64,000 nt of DNA from a virus (IMGVR_UViG_3300044712_000991:96001-160000), one strand, 5' to 3'; positions 20,633 through 31,323 are shown, counted from the stretch's first letter. Numbers and translations are program-made. Notes: generated by a model from the sequence alone, not told the origin.

Positions 20633-21251
20633 CCGTACGTTCCTCCTCAGTTGTTCGTTGATTTTCCACTGCGTTTGCGTAGTACTTCCAGACCATGCTG
20701 TCGGCCTCGACGCTAGAGAGGCACATCAGATCACAGGCGGCCAACCACAGGCGTTCGAGTTCATCGTACTGCTTGGGGCTGGTCGGGGTGCTCTTGGGAA
20801 TCACGCGCTCGGGATGTATCTTTTGCAGGTATTTCAGGATGTGGGTGTCCAGCACGGCCATGCGTAGGTTCAGGCGGCTGTGGAGCAGGAAGAACCTGCT
20901 CGTCTTCGGTCCCACCCCGTGGAACTTCCGCAGGTCTTCCAAGGTGCACATTCTAAGGTTGATCCCCGAGGTGACTATCTGCTTGTACGACTTGGTCAGC
21001 ACATCATACCGACCGAGGTGTGCGCGTTGAAGGTTGATCCGGAGAGTCCCGTTACCGACCATGTGGCGTACACGACCAAACGGGGTGCCACCCTTGTCCA
21101 TCGCTAGGAACTTGTCAAGTGCCTTCTCTATCATGGTTGCCCTTTTTCCGGCCACTGCGACCGCAAAGAGGAGGAAGCGTTCAAGTTGTTCCTGGGTGAG
21201 GGTAGTATGGGGATCAGGTGACTTGACATCGAATGGTCGTTCGTTTATCAT
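20613..21251 (-). CDS. HhH-GPD DNA glycosylase (Ogg-like 8-oxoguanine glycosylase/lyase)
   Basis: HhH motif LRKFHGVGPKTSRFFL followed by AVLDTHIL (catalytic Lys/Asp spacing). Confidence 0.75.
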   Translation of the reverse strand: MINERPFDVKSPDPHTTLTQEQLERFLLFAVAVAGKRATMIEKALDKFLAMDKGGTPFGRVRHMVGNGTLRINLQRAHLGRYDVLTKSYKQIVTSGINLRMCTLEDLRKFHGVGPKTSRFFLLHSRLNLRMAVLDTHILKYLQKIHPERVIPKSTPTSPKQYDELERLWLAACDLMCLSSVEADSMVWKYYANAVENQRTTEEERTDDSGIQ

Positions 21252-21257
21252 GCTCTC

Positions 21258-21286
21258 AATATACAACATTTTTTGCGAGAAGTCAA
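21258..21286 (-). promoter_or_regulatory. sigma70-type early promoter (probably leaderless transcript)
   Basis: TTGACT-17 bp-TATATT; ATG follows 6 nt after the -10 box. Confidence 0.8.
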
Positions 21287-21288
21287 GT

Positions 21289-22939
21289 TCAATTTACGCT
21301 CACCTTCGCGTTCAGTGGTATTGGGCGTGCGCCAAGTACACCTCGTTCAATCCCTTGTGCAAGGAGGATACATGTATCCGCCACGCAGCAGATACCGAGA
21401 GCGTACTGTGCCGAGGCAACAAACTCCCGTACCTCCGCAAAGCGACCTTCCGGGGGAGCGCTTGCGGTTGCCCAAGTGAACAAACAATCATCGATGAATC
21501 GCGTGATCTCCGCGTACAGTGCGACCTTATCGGTCTCAGGTCTAATCATGTCCACGAGGTAGTCATCCACAGGGTATCCCTCATCTCTGAGAACTTCTCC
21601 ACCCACACGGTCTCGTACGGCCATCAGGAAGCGCATATACACTTGAGCGGGTGTGTACTCCTCCACAGGAATGAGCGACCCATCCTCCCGCGTACGGGCG
21701 AGGGGTCCCATGGTAGATGAATACAACTTCAGAGCTTCCGCCATGGGCATCATCGGGGACTGTCCTTCACATGGTAGTACGTACTCACGGGTCTACTGTG
21801 ATACGTGGATTGCTGTAGCACGTTGGACACCGTAATGAACGCGTACACAAGACCCCCTATCTTTGTGTACTGTGCCAGATAGGTCACGGTGTACATCTGT
21901 CCATCCGATCCCACACAGCGAAACTCCCGTACCACCCCGTTCACGGCCACGAAGTTCTGCACGGTCGCGGCGATACGGAACTTGGTCTCCCCGATGTGGA
22001 TGGTCTGTCCCTCGTGGTACACCCGAAGGGACTTCGGGGCAGGTCCAGAACTCTCATACTTTGGTGTACGCACGACCACCCCCTGGGGGTAGAACATGAA
22101 TGCGGGGGGCTTCCTGGGTTCCCCGTGTGCGCTTGAGATAGCGAGCAACCACAGACCGCCGATCAACAGGAGCAGTACGACGATTGTCGCGGATGCCCAC
22201 ACGTAGTCCTTTGTTCTCTGTGTCATACTTCGTTCTCCCTCGGTAGTGCTGCGCGTATCTTACGACCAACACGGGATTGTACGACCTTCCACACTCGTTT
22301 GTCCTCGGAGATCAGGGGGCGCAACAATCCCACTTCTGCTCTCCATTTGGATCGCGCTTCGAGGCACAGTCCGAGGATTTCCACGCGGGACATCGGGCAG
22401 TCCCCACCAAACCCATCGTGGAGCTTATCCACGACGTCCATGAGGAGCGTGTGCTCGATGAGCATCTCCTGCGTGTACTGATCCCGCACCGCCCACAGTT
22501 GGGGCATCTCCGCCCGAAACTCGGGGATATCGGGACACACCTCTTCCACGAAGTACCGCATGTCCTCGCAGTCCATGAGGTCGTAGTTCACAACGTTCGC
22601 ATCATGCCAGTAGACCCACAGACGCACGGGGAGAGTCCATCCCTCGGGGACGTACTCGATGAGGTACTTGAGGTTCGTGTTCCCCTGCTCGTGCCGGACG
22701 TCCTTAACGGCGTACACCCCGATAGCTGGCAGAGGTACACTCATGGTCAACGCGACAGGTAGCGAGGAGTCCACTCGGGACTGCCAGTCGATGATAAGGT
22801 CCCCCTTGAGGGGTGGGAGCCACAACAATTTGGTTCCCTGGGATACTCTGCGCATCCCATCGTTCTTCCACTGTTCGAAGGTCTTTCGGCTCGGTTGCCA
22901 CGCGGAGCGTTTGACGGTTTGATATGATTGGTAGTCCAT
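21289..22939 (-). CDS. Three hypothetical ORFs (21289-21753, 21750-22226 with N-terminal TM helix, 22223-22939)
   Basis: Stop/start-overlapping ORFs; no function recognised. Confidence 0.55.
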
Positions 22940-22944
22940 GGTCT

Positions 22945-22973
22945 AATATACAACAACTGCTGGAAAAAGTCAA
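22945..22973 (-). promoter_or_regulatory. sigma70-type early promoter (probably leaderless transcript)
   Basis: TTGACT-17 bp-TATATT; ATG 5 nt downstream. Confidence 0.8.
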
Positions 22974-22983
22974 GTCCCTAGGC

Positions 22984-23023
22984 AAAGAAAAACCCAGGAT
23001 GACCGTTACGCGCATCCTGGGTT
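22984..23023 (-). terminator. Rho-independent terminator
   Basis: 11-bp stem AACCCAGGATG/CATCCTGGGTT plus U-run. Confidence 0.8.
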
Positions 23024-23048
23024 GAGGTCTCTTTATCGGGTATGCCTT

Positions 23049-23468
23049 CTACTGAAGCGCGTACACCCATTGATAGTTCGCATCTCTGACCCTCAAGAAC
23101 ATCAGCTTCTTCTGCAACAATACATGGAGGGTGACGAGTACGGGGGTGTTCTGTTCATCCCGACATATCCACGACACGGATTTCTCCTGCTCGGTGTCCA
23201 AGCCTTGCCCGTGGGAGACAATGGTATACTGCTGTGACTCCTCGGAATTGATGGTAATGACCCCCGTGGTGATGCTGATGGCCACCCGAGGGACGACTTC
23301 GGAGGTTCGCGTTTCGCCCGTGTTGAGATCAGTACGCGAGATCGCCACAGCCCAGACGGTCTTGTACTCCGCAAACTGCGTGTAGGCCGGTGTACAGGAA
23401 ATCATCTGTGTCAAGGGAAGGAGGATGCTCAGAATGAACACCGCTCGCAGTGAGGTACGTGTGTGCAT
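23049..23468 (-). CDS. Hypothetical exported/lipoprotein-like protein (139 aa)
   Basis: Hydrophobic N terminus ending MISC. Confidence 0.55.
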   Translation of the reverse strand: MHTRTSLRAVFILSILLPLTQMISCTPAYTQFAEYKTVWAVAISRTDLNTGETRTSEVVPRVAISITTGVITINSEESQQYTIVSHGQGLDTEQEKSVSWICRDEQNTPVLVTLHVLLQKKLMFLRVRDANYQWVYALQ

Positions 23469-23485
23469 ATACTACTATCCTTTCG

Positions 23486-23893
23486 TTAGGTGGTGATGAT
23501 GATGTATAGCACGAGCGCCGCGATGTTCACGACCCACAGGAGTCCCCACAAGAGTTTCTTGTCCCCCCACCATTTGCCGTGGTTAGCATCCGTGTGAAAC
23601 ACCCGATCGACCACGAAGTGTGACCAGCAGTGGGGAATCCACTGAGCGATCTTGTACAACTTGCCATCTGGCCGGTGGAAACTGCTGTACAGATTCCAGG
23701 TCCCGAACGCATAGAGTTCGAGACTGAAACTAATGTCGGGCGCAGCGCCCAGCACCCAGTTGACCGTGGTGTACACCCCCAACCAGAGGGGCGCGAGGTG
23801 CACGCCGAACAGCGAGAGCACCAGGAGATCGAGGTAGAGCCCAACGAGGGCGGTGAATGTACCGTGCCAAACGAAATCCGTAGCGATAGCCAT
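23486..23893 (-). CDS. YdjM-like membrane metal-dependent hydrolase
   Basis: Motifs WHG, LGAAPDI, FHR and SHFVVDRVFH within TM helices. Start refined because the longer ORF runs through the tRNA. Confidence 0.5.
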   Translation of the reverse strand: MAIATDFVWHGTFTALVGLYLDLLVLSLFGVHLAPLWLGVYTTVNWVLGAAPDISFSLELYAFGTWNLYSSFHRPDGKLYKIAQWIPHCWSHFVVDRVFHTDANHGKWWGDKKLLWGLLWVVNIAALVLYIIITT

Positions 23894-23913
23894 ATGTTTC
23901 CTCCTTAGATAAG

Positions 23914-23987
23914 TGGCTGTGGGCAAAGGAGTCGAACCTCTACTAGCGCCTCCAAAGGGCGCTGTCCTGCCATTAGACGAGCCCACA
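23914..23987 (-). tRNA. trnQ: tRNA-Gln(UUG)
   Basis: Cloverleaf TGTGGGC/GCCCACA, anticodon arm GCGCC-CT-TTG-GA-GGCGC, encoded CCA. Confidence 0.95.
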
Positions 23988-23994
23988 ATGTGTA

Positions 23995-24378
23995 CTACTG
24001 GTGTATCCATGTATTCACACGCGCCCTGTACTCACGTGATCTCTCCGCTCTCGCAGTACGGCATTCCGGGCATCGACAACCTTTTCTATAAGCGGTCGAT
24101 GTACCATGTTTCAGGGGCTTCTTCAACAATTTTGATGTTTCCTCCTGATGATGCTTTGCACATAGTACAATACATTTCGCAAGTTCCTCGTCTCTGCGCA
24201 CTTGTGACCAGGACCATATGCGGTGGGATACCTTCTGTTCGGAATCTACGTGATGGAGTTCCAGCCCATCGGTCTCTGTGCAGCGTGCGCAGGTCTTACC
24301 AATGAAGTAGTAGGCACGCCGTTCAGCGTACCACCGTCTCTGGAATGCTCGCTGTTTATCCCGATTCTTATACCCCAC
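23995..24378 (-). CDS. HNH endonuclease
   Basis: CARC, LELHHVD, CIVLCAKHH, plus a C-terminal HGT..AY..GCRC..C zinc motif; adjacent to a tRNA. Confidence 0.8.
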   Translation of the reverse strand: MGYKNRDKQRAFQRRWYAERRAYYFIGKTCARCTETDGLELHHVDSEQKVSHRIWSWSQVRRDEELAKCIVLCAKHHQEETSKLLKKPLKHGTSTAYRKGCRCPECRTARAERSREYRARVNTWIHQ

Positions 24379-24682
24379 GGAGTTGCTCCATTATTGGACG
24401 ACCGTAACCTTCGGCTCGTAGTTTCTTCACGAGTTTGGTAGACAACAGGGTCTCGTTGCGCCCAATGTGGTACAGATGACACTCCGAGCACTTGTAGGCC
24501 ACCAACTTGTATGTGCTTGTGCCCATGGCGTTCATGTGCTTCGCGGCCTCCACAGCCTGATCGTGGTTCGCGAACTTCTTCTTCGGGAGTTTAATCAGCA
24601 GTCCATCGGGACCCATACCGAGCGTCTTGTTGCAGGGGTTGTGGTGGACTACCTTCGGCTTGTCATTCTTGTCTGGTTGCAT
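24368..24682 (-). CDS. Hypothetical phage protein with YKCSECHLYHIG motif
   Basis: ORF with GGAG RBS and a Cys/His zinc-binding motif. Confidence 0.6.
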   Translation of the reverse strand: MQPDKNDKPKVVHHNPCNKTLGMGPDGLLIKLPKKKFANHDQAVEAAKHMNAMGTSTYKLVAYKCSECHLYHIGRNETLLSTKLVKKLRAEGYGRPIMEQLRGV

Positions 24683-25012
24683 ACTCCTGTCGGATGTTAA
24701 CAACATACGCGCACGATAACGCCGTGAATGTTACTATGCACCACACATGTTACTACGATGAAAAAGAAGCGCCCGTTAGCACGTTGTCCCTCTACGGAAT
24801 CAGAGAAGGTTGGAGTCGCCCGGGGAGAAAGGGTAAGCCCTGGGTCGGTATAAGGCACGTGCCCTCACCTGATAAACAACAGCGCATGTCCTTGGCGTTC
24901 ATCTCACTCCCGTGCACATGCTGATCTGCCCACGGGTCATCGAATGATTTGCATTGGTGGCATTAAGCCAGTCCTGATCAGACTTCTGCTGGCACCAAGG
25001 ACACGCGCTAGT

Positions 25013-25237
25013 CTACGGCTTCCCGCCGTTGGTGTTCTCGGGATGCGCCGCGTGGCGCTCTTCATACTGATCCCGAGCGAGAATCTCGCGCCGCACGGCG
25101 GCATCCGTGCTGTCCACGCTCCGTTGATACTCGGAGGCCGACCGCACGGTCTTCTGCGTTGTGCATCCGCTCGTGAGTACGCCTACGGTCACCATAAGCA
25201 GAAGCACAGTGAGTGTCGAAAACTTATGAGTTCGCAT
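25013..25237 (-). CDS. Small lipoprotein (74 aa)
   Basis: Signal peptide with lipobox-like LTSG-C. Confidence 0.6.
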   Translation of the reverse strand: MRTHKFSTLTVLLLMVTVGVLTSGCTTQKTVRSASEYQRSVDSTDAAVRREILARDQYEERHAAHPENTNGGKP

Positions 25238-25390
25238 ACTAGCCTTTCGTTGGGTACCACACATCTACAACGCGTTGCCTATCAAGGAGAACACAGCCAC
25301 CACTATCGCATCCCACACGAGGAACAACCCTATCCACGTCAGCCTCTCCCGCGAGTCCTCTAGCATGGCGACCTCCTTGTGCTTGTATGG

Positions 25391-25419
25391 AATATACCAC
25401 ATCCTGTGGTGAAAGTCAA
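25391..25419 (-). promoter_or_regulatory. sigma70-type early promoter
   Basis: TTGACT-17 bp-TATATT. Confidence 0.8.
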
Positions 25420-25453
25420 GTCCCCTTGAAAATAAAGTTGCCCCCGCGCAGGT

Positions 25454-26167
25454 CTAGAGCGAGGCGTGGACTGCCTCCTGAATATCGACCGTACTGTGAG
25501 AGCATGTGGTATCCAAGCGATGCCGAAGCCTTTCTAGGACAAGGTCGCTCTCATGCTCCTGCGCCTCATCGCGTTCCCATTCCATGAGCTTCGCCAGGAC
25601 TTCCTCTTCCCACGAAGCCAACTGTCGTTTGATCTCCTTCTGTCCTTCCCGACGAAGGTGTTTACTGTTCTGTCGCGCACGAATACGGTTGGACACTTCC
25701 TGCATAGACCTGTTCTCCGTGATAATGATTAGTCAACTAGTAGAATATCGACTACCGTGGGATGGAAAGAACCCCACTCCAGCGTGAACACTCTGAGCGC
25801 CTCTTCCTTGTTGTTTGCGAGAAAGAAGGCATCCCCGTGCACTAGTCTTCCCGAGCGTTTGGATGTGTACGCAAAGCGCACACGCCACGATCCGAACTCC
25901 GACTCACGCATGGGGGTTGTCATTTTTGGGTGCCGTGTTGTTGGGTTCGAAGTTGCGCCCATCCGTACAGTACTCCACGAGGGCGTTTGCCACGAGTTCC
26001 GCCTGTTGGCGGGTCATTACCACGCGTTCCGCGATCTCATCCTTGCCTGTGACCGAGCGAAGTTCCACGAGGTCGAGTCCATCGGCATCGGGTGCGACTT
26101 CGAGGTATTCACCACTCGCATCATCGTAGATGCGGATGTGTCGTTCGATTGAGTACTGCTGTGCCAT
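25454..26167 (-). CDS. Three small hypothetical ORFs (25454-25705, 25729-~25907, 25904-26167)
   Basis: Closely packed ORFs with RBSs. Confidence 0.5.
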
Positions 26168-26193
26168 AGAGAACTCTCCTTTGTGTAGGACTC

Positions 26194-26222
26194 AATATAC
26201 ACAACAAGAGGTCAAAAGTCAA
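26194..26222 (-). promoter_or_regulatory. sigma70-type early promoter
   Basis: TTGACT-17 bp-TATATT. Confidence 0.8.
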
Positions 26223-26264
26223 GTCTATCTGTCCGAAAAAAGTGCTATATCTCGGACAAATACC

Positions 26265-26858
26265 TTAGACTTCCACGCGCTCGTAGACCTTCTTCATCAC
26301 ACCCATCCCCTCAAGATTCTGACAAATCTTGAGGATATCCCCAGGGTGTACGGCGTTCTGATCATACCCCTGGATGTTGATGGCCGCCACGACGATAGGA
26401 GAATCCGTGGTGAGAAGCATGCCCACAAACTCGACCTCCGAACAAATCTCGTTGTCGGGGAAGAAGTTTTTGTGTGCCCAGCGTGCGGGGAGGTGCAAGC
26501 CCGTGACCATCCAGCGCCACATGAACCAGAACAACTGTGCCCACCCGTAGGTGTTCCCCACATACTTGTGGTAGACTGACCACATAGCTTTCTCAGCGTT
26601 CCGTGCGTGCTTGAGCCAACGGTAGACCATCACGTCGTAGTGTGGGTTGGCGGCAGTCCTCTCCCACGGAGTGACGCTCACTGTGAGGTTGGCCTCGAAG
26701 ATTGTCTGCTCACCGTTCTGCTGATTGAAGAACCCGAGAGCGCAGTGGGACCATGGGCTACCAGTGAAGAACCGAATAGCCTTGGACAGGAAATTACCAT
26801 CCCTGTTGTTCACGAAGATGACATCCCCGGGGTTGATAACAAACGTCGTTTTCTGCAT
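26265..26858 (-). CDS. Permuted papain-like amidase (YiiX/YebB, peptidase C92-like)
   Basis: N-terminal PGDVIF and WSH; Y-G-W; C-terminal ICSE and HPGD (His before Cys, permuted NlpC/P60 order). Confidence 0.8.
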   Translation of the reverse strand: MQKTTFVINPGDVIFVNNRDGNFLSKAIRFFTGSPWSHCALGFFNQQNGEQTIFEANLTVSVTPWERTAANPHYDVMVYRWLKHARNAEKAMWSVYHKYVGNTYGWAQLFWFMWRWMVTGLHLPARWAHKNFFPDNEICSEVEFVGMLLTTDSPIVVAAINIQGYDQNAVHPGDILKICQNLEGMGVMKKVYERVEV

Positions 26859-26892
26859 TGGGGTTCTCCTTGACAGATGGAAGTACTGTGGA

Positions 26893-26967
26893 TGGCACAT
26901 CCACCTCGATTCGAACGAGGAAAACAGGATTTGGAGTCCTGCGGTTTACCGTTGAGCCTATGGATGC
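26893..26967 (-). tRNA. trnW: tRNA-Trp(CCA)
   Basis: Anticodon arm CAGGA-CT-CCA-AA-TCCTG, T arm CCTCG-TTCGAAT-CGAGG, encoded CCA. Confidence 0.93.
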
Positions 26968-26979
26968 GAGTACATAAAG

Positions 26980-27053
26980 TTGCGGGGACGAGATTTGAAC
27001 TCGCGACCTCCTGGCTATGAACCAGGCGGGATACCAGACTTCCCCACCCCGCG
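26980..27053 (-). tRNA. Initiator-type tRNA-fMet(CAU)
   Basis: 5' CGCGGGG with C1.A72 mismatch; anticodon arm CCTGG-TT-CAT-AG-CCAGG. Confidence 0.85.
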
Positions 27054-27059
27054 ATTGAA

Positions 27060-27335
27060 CTACAAGTCTTGAGGCTGTTGCCCAAGCCATTCGACGTACA
27101 GCATCACCGGCCAGAAGACCCAGCTCACACCGAACACGAGTGCCGCATGCTGGAAGGAAGGATCATCTTCACGCCCCCTGATGACCGCCCCGATAGTCCA
27201 GGAGACCCCGAACGCGAAGTACGTCATGAACGGGAGGAAGAAGTACAGCACGAGCAGAATGCCGAGTATCCAGAGGATGTCCTTCAGCGTGAGTGGCACG
27301 CCGAGGAAGTCCGTGATGCGCGAGAAGATGGACAT
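27060..27335 (-). CDS. Small membrane protein (91 aa)
   Basis: Multiple hydrophobic segments; GAAAGG RBS. Confidence 0.6.
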   Translation of the reverse strand: MSIFSRITDFLGVPLTLKDILWILGILLVLYFFLPFMTYFAFGVSWTIGAVIRGREDDPSFQHAALVFGVSWVFWPVMLYVEWLGQQPQDL

Positions 27336-27355
27336 GGTGTTTCCTTTCCGAAATG

Positions 27356-27815
27356 TGGTGGACATGCCGGGAGTCGAACCCGGTTCTACCAAGTACCACG
27401 TACAGAGTCTTTCACAGGTTTGGTCGGTTTACCACGCATCCTGAGGCAAGGACTCCGACAAACCTCCGTCCTCGGATGTTGCGTTCCCACAGCACAATCC
27501 CCAGGGAACGCCATGGGGTACAACACGTACCGCGATCGATCGGCTTTTGTTATCGTGAGGCAAGAGCATTTGCTGTGTCCGTCCGGGTGGAAACGGTCTT
27601 GCGACCTCGGTGCCTACTCTTGAGCCGACTACCCCACACCCTAGTGGCTGTTAGGCCAGTTCGAGTTCACCCGCGCCGACCAACGCCAGAGCGTCGTCGA
27701 AGGTGAAGGCAGAGATTTGTTCTGCGTTTGTTTTTTGAACCCTGATTTACGTGGTGTGTTCACCCACGACCTGCACCCTGGACATAACACTCAGTATCGA
27801 GGCCAAGTCATGCCC
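27356..27815 (-). ncRNA. ssrA: tmRNA (460 nt), tag peptide AEQISAFTFDDALALVGAGELELA*
   Basis: 5' GGGCATGACTTGGCCTCGA pairs with 3' CATGTCC-A-CCA including G3.U70; T arm CCGGGTTCGACTCCCGG; tag ORF 27651-27725 begins with a GCA resume codon after an A-rich tract. Confidence 0.93.
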
Positions 27816-27922
27816 ATATGTGGCTGTCTTCCTATTCGAACGACCGAGGCTCCCAAGGTGTCACAGCCACATGGCTCACTAGGGAGTCGTTTGGTGACTT
27901 TTAGGGCTACCCCAACCAAAAT

Positions 27923-30900
27923 CTAACCTTTTTGCGTGGTCTTTATAGTCTCCTCCTGTAGTCGTTTGTTGAATGAGCACTGGTCGCACACAACCCTCTG
28001 AGATGCACCGAACGCCGCGTGATCTGTCACGAGTTTCACATGCCCACACTCCAGTTCCACATTGACGTGGTTGAGGTCTGTCTCACCGAACTTTGAGACC
28101 ACGCGCACGATCTTGCGTATCACCCTGCGTTTCATGCGCGGGAGGCCTTTCGCTCAGCCTTGTACTTCCGGCAGCAGTCCGCCGAGCAGAAGGCGTTCGA
28201 GTGCGAATGCTCGTGCCCACAGCGTACGCACTTCTTGGGTGCCACACCTTGGCTGGGATTGCCCATCAAGCGCGTGGTCAACGGGAACTGTGCCCCCACC
28301 CCCATCGCCATCGCTAGGAGCATCCCGATCGCTCCCGCACCCCTGCTCCGCCTGCCCATCATGTACGGATCGGGCGGGAGCGGTGGAGGCGGAGGTGGCA
28401 TGGCAACCACAAGACTGTCATCGGCTGCCTTGGAGAGACCGTAGGGGATACCATCCTCATCCACAACGAGCACCTTCTTCGACTTCTCTGCCCCGAGTAG
28501 TTCATCCTTCTTGGCGGACATCATACGCTGGGTCATCCTTTCTTCTTATACCGCGCTGTGAGTTTGTAGACCGTGGTGGGGAACGCCCCCGCCCCGACAT
28601 CCTGTTCGATGATACCATCCTGGAACATGTTGAACACAACATTCGTGCGCACCGTCTTCGTCTCTCCGCCCTGCCCCGCACCATCCTTCTGGAGCCACGC
28701 GTACCTACTCGCGGATCGCATGCGGGAGGCCGTGCAAAGTGCCCACCCGAGGTTCATCATGTCCACCACCGCTTGCTGTGCTTTGGTCATCCTACTAGTC
28801 TCCCATCTCGTTCGGCTGTCCAATCTAACATAGCCTGGGAAAGTGTGGGATGCTTCCGGCAGAACAGGCGACTCCGAGGTTCTCGCTTGTGGAGCGCTAT
28901 CCGAAGGCGTGCTCCACGCACCCCACTGATCTCCACACGAATGCCCTTCTCGTGCGCGAGGAACACCATGCGGGTGAGAAGCGAGTCATCGTACGTTGCG
29001 GGCGCTCCCTGGATAACGATCGCCCACCCGAAGCCGTACGGCTGTAGCCCACACTTCTTGCCTCGGGGGATATGATGCTCTCCTCTGAAGATAATCGAGA
29101 AGAACAGCGTGGCTTCCATTTCGGACATCCTTGGAGCCTCCCGAGCGAGGTCGCGCTTGCGCTGCTCAGCGATCAACCGCGCCCGTTCCACGAGTTGCAT
29201 CGTACCCTCCATGGGAGTCCCATGGAAGCGCACACCCTCCGCGTTCAGTTCCTGGAAGGCTTCCTCCCAGTACGGGCTCTCCTTGAGCTCCGCCTTGAGC
29301 TCCTCGTGGGTCATATCGTGCAGGGCTTTCACGGTCGCCTCTCAAAGTACCGCGATATCCGTGAGGTCATGTTGTTCCATTGGCGAGCGATCGATGGCGT
29401 GATGGTGACAAGAGCCAGTAACCCCTTCACTCCGATCAGGATGTCCCGCAGTTCCTTCACATGTCGCTGTTCCTCCGCAAGCTGGCACACGGCGCACACA
29501 TGGGTGCCCTCAAACCCGCAGGAGTTCGTCCCACGCTCACCCGTGGTATGGCAGTCGAGCCAGTAGTCTGTCGCAGCCTTAGCCGCTAATTCTTGCACAC
29601 GCTTCTTGAGCGCCTCGTTCTCTTCCTCAATATCTTGCGGTTTGATCTGTGTACGTACGCGCTTCATGTTAGGCATATCGTGCCCTCTTGATGAACTCGT
29701 TAAGTTCCTTGTCATCGTGGGTCATGTCGTGCAGGGCTGTCATCGGGGGTTCCTCCGACGATGTTCAAGAATCGACTGTATCTCTCGTTCGGCGGCTTCC
29801 CGCATATCCTGTGGGCGCGTATCATCCATCGGGGGTGCTGCGTAGCCGTAGATGTATTTTTTGAGATGCGCCTCAATCTGTTGATACACCCCCGTGGATG
29901 TCCCATACTGGTGGATGATCTTCAACAAGTGTCGCGCCGCGGCCGCTTCTTCTCTTGCGCCATCCCGCTCGTTCATGAAGCGCTCGTCGTTCTCGGACTT
30001 GGCGCGTTTGTACGCATCGCGCTCGTGGGCAAGCTTCTCCGCCTGTGCAAACAGGCGAGCCGCCCGCTCCTCCACGGCTTTCAACTGATCGATGTGGTCG
30101 TTCAGTTGCTCGCCCAGGACCTTCTCACGGTCGTACGCGGCATCCATCTCCGCCGCGAGTTCGAGCATCGCCAGTTCGGCCGGTACATACTGGAGCATCA
30201 CGGGGTTCGGCTCGCTCACGAGCTCTTCCCACTCGCCGTACCGCACTTCGCCCTCGGGTGCAAAGAGCAGGGCAGGATCGACTAGGATAACCTGTGGGGG
30301 TTCACGCTTTGACATCGGTCTGCTCCTCCTGTTGGAATGGTAATGCTATGGTCACCATGACCACATGAACTTCTCGTTTGCCAATGAGATACCCCTCTTC
30401 TTCAACAGACACAGAGTTCTGTACGTTGTTCTGTATAGCAGAGCGTTTGAGCCTCTCCGCAAACGCAAGCGCTTCTCGTTTGCTTGCCATCACCCTTCCT
30501 TCTTCACGGGCTTCACGTTCACGTACGGGATGCGCACGGTCACCACGAGCATACCCACACCACCCTCGGTCGTAGGCTTCTGATCCACAACCTCCACCGT
30601 GGGGTCGCGCTCAACCAAGCCCACCGACGCTCGCTGAGCAGTCATCCGCAAGCGCAGGGCGAGGCTCTTGGCACTGATGAGATTCCTGATGTTGGTCGTC
30701 TGCGAGGTCATTGTTTTGCCTTTTCCCTTTCTAGTCTTTGTACTTCACGGCGTATGATGTTCCCCAATAAGTTGACCGTGCGAATGAAGGTCATGTATCC
30801 GCTCTCTACGTGGTGTGCGGGATGCTCACCCGACTCCAGGTGCTCCCGGACTTTGATCATCCACTTCCGGAGGCGTAGGCTGTCCACATGCGTCCTGCGC

Positions 30901-31258
30901 AGGGTCCTCAGTTGCTCCTCGGTGTACAGAAGAAGTGCCTGGGTCGCCGCGAGGTTCCGAGCGTAGATGACGTTCTGGTCACGCTCCATGGCGAGTGCGG
31001 TCTCAAGTTCTGCTATGATCTGGTCATCGGTCATGGTTGCCATTTGATGTCCTCCTAATATACAACACTCGGGGCTGAAAGTCAAGTCCTTGTTGAGTAC
31101 CACACGCGAATTTTTGCCCACACTGTCTGACAACCAAGCATGAACAGCCCCATAATCAACGCTGTCACCAACACCAGGATAACTGGCAGCGGGAGACAGA
31201 GAATGACCATGAATGCGAAAAAGGATGAGAATGATTTGTCCACGATTGACCTCCTTGG
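27923..31258 (-). CDS. Run of about 10 small hypothetical ORFs (27923-28135, 28132-28536, 28533-28823, 28787-29332, 29329-29715, 29740-30315, 30302-30493, 30490-30711, 30708-~31043, ~31082-31240)
   Basis: Stop/start-overlapping minus-strand ORFs typical of phage early genes; none recognised. Confidence 0.5.
31057..31085 (-). promoter_or_regulatory. sigma70-type early promoter
   Basis: TTGACT-17 bp-TATATT. Confidence 0.8.
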
Positions 31259-31267
31259 TCTGTCTGT

Positions 31268-31296
31268 AATATACAACAGCCAGATATGAAAGTCAA
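31268..31296 (-). promoter_or_regulatory. sigma70-type early promoter
   Basis: TTGACT-17 bp-TATATT. Confidence 0.8.
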
Positions 31297-31323
31297 GTGA
31301 AAAATGAAGAATCTTTGGAGGGG

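Noticed and set aside
23895-24010. N-terminal extension of ORF 23486-24010
   Set aside because: It is the translation of tRNA-Gln; the real start is 23893 with an AGGAGG RBS.
25013-25237. o-spanin assignment for the small lipoprotein
   Set aside because: It is far from the holin, under an early promoter, and has no overlapping i-spanin.
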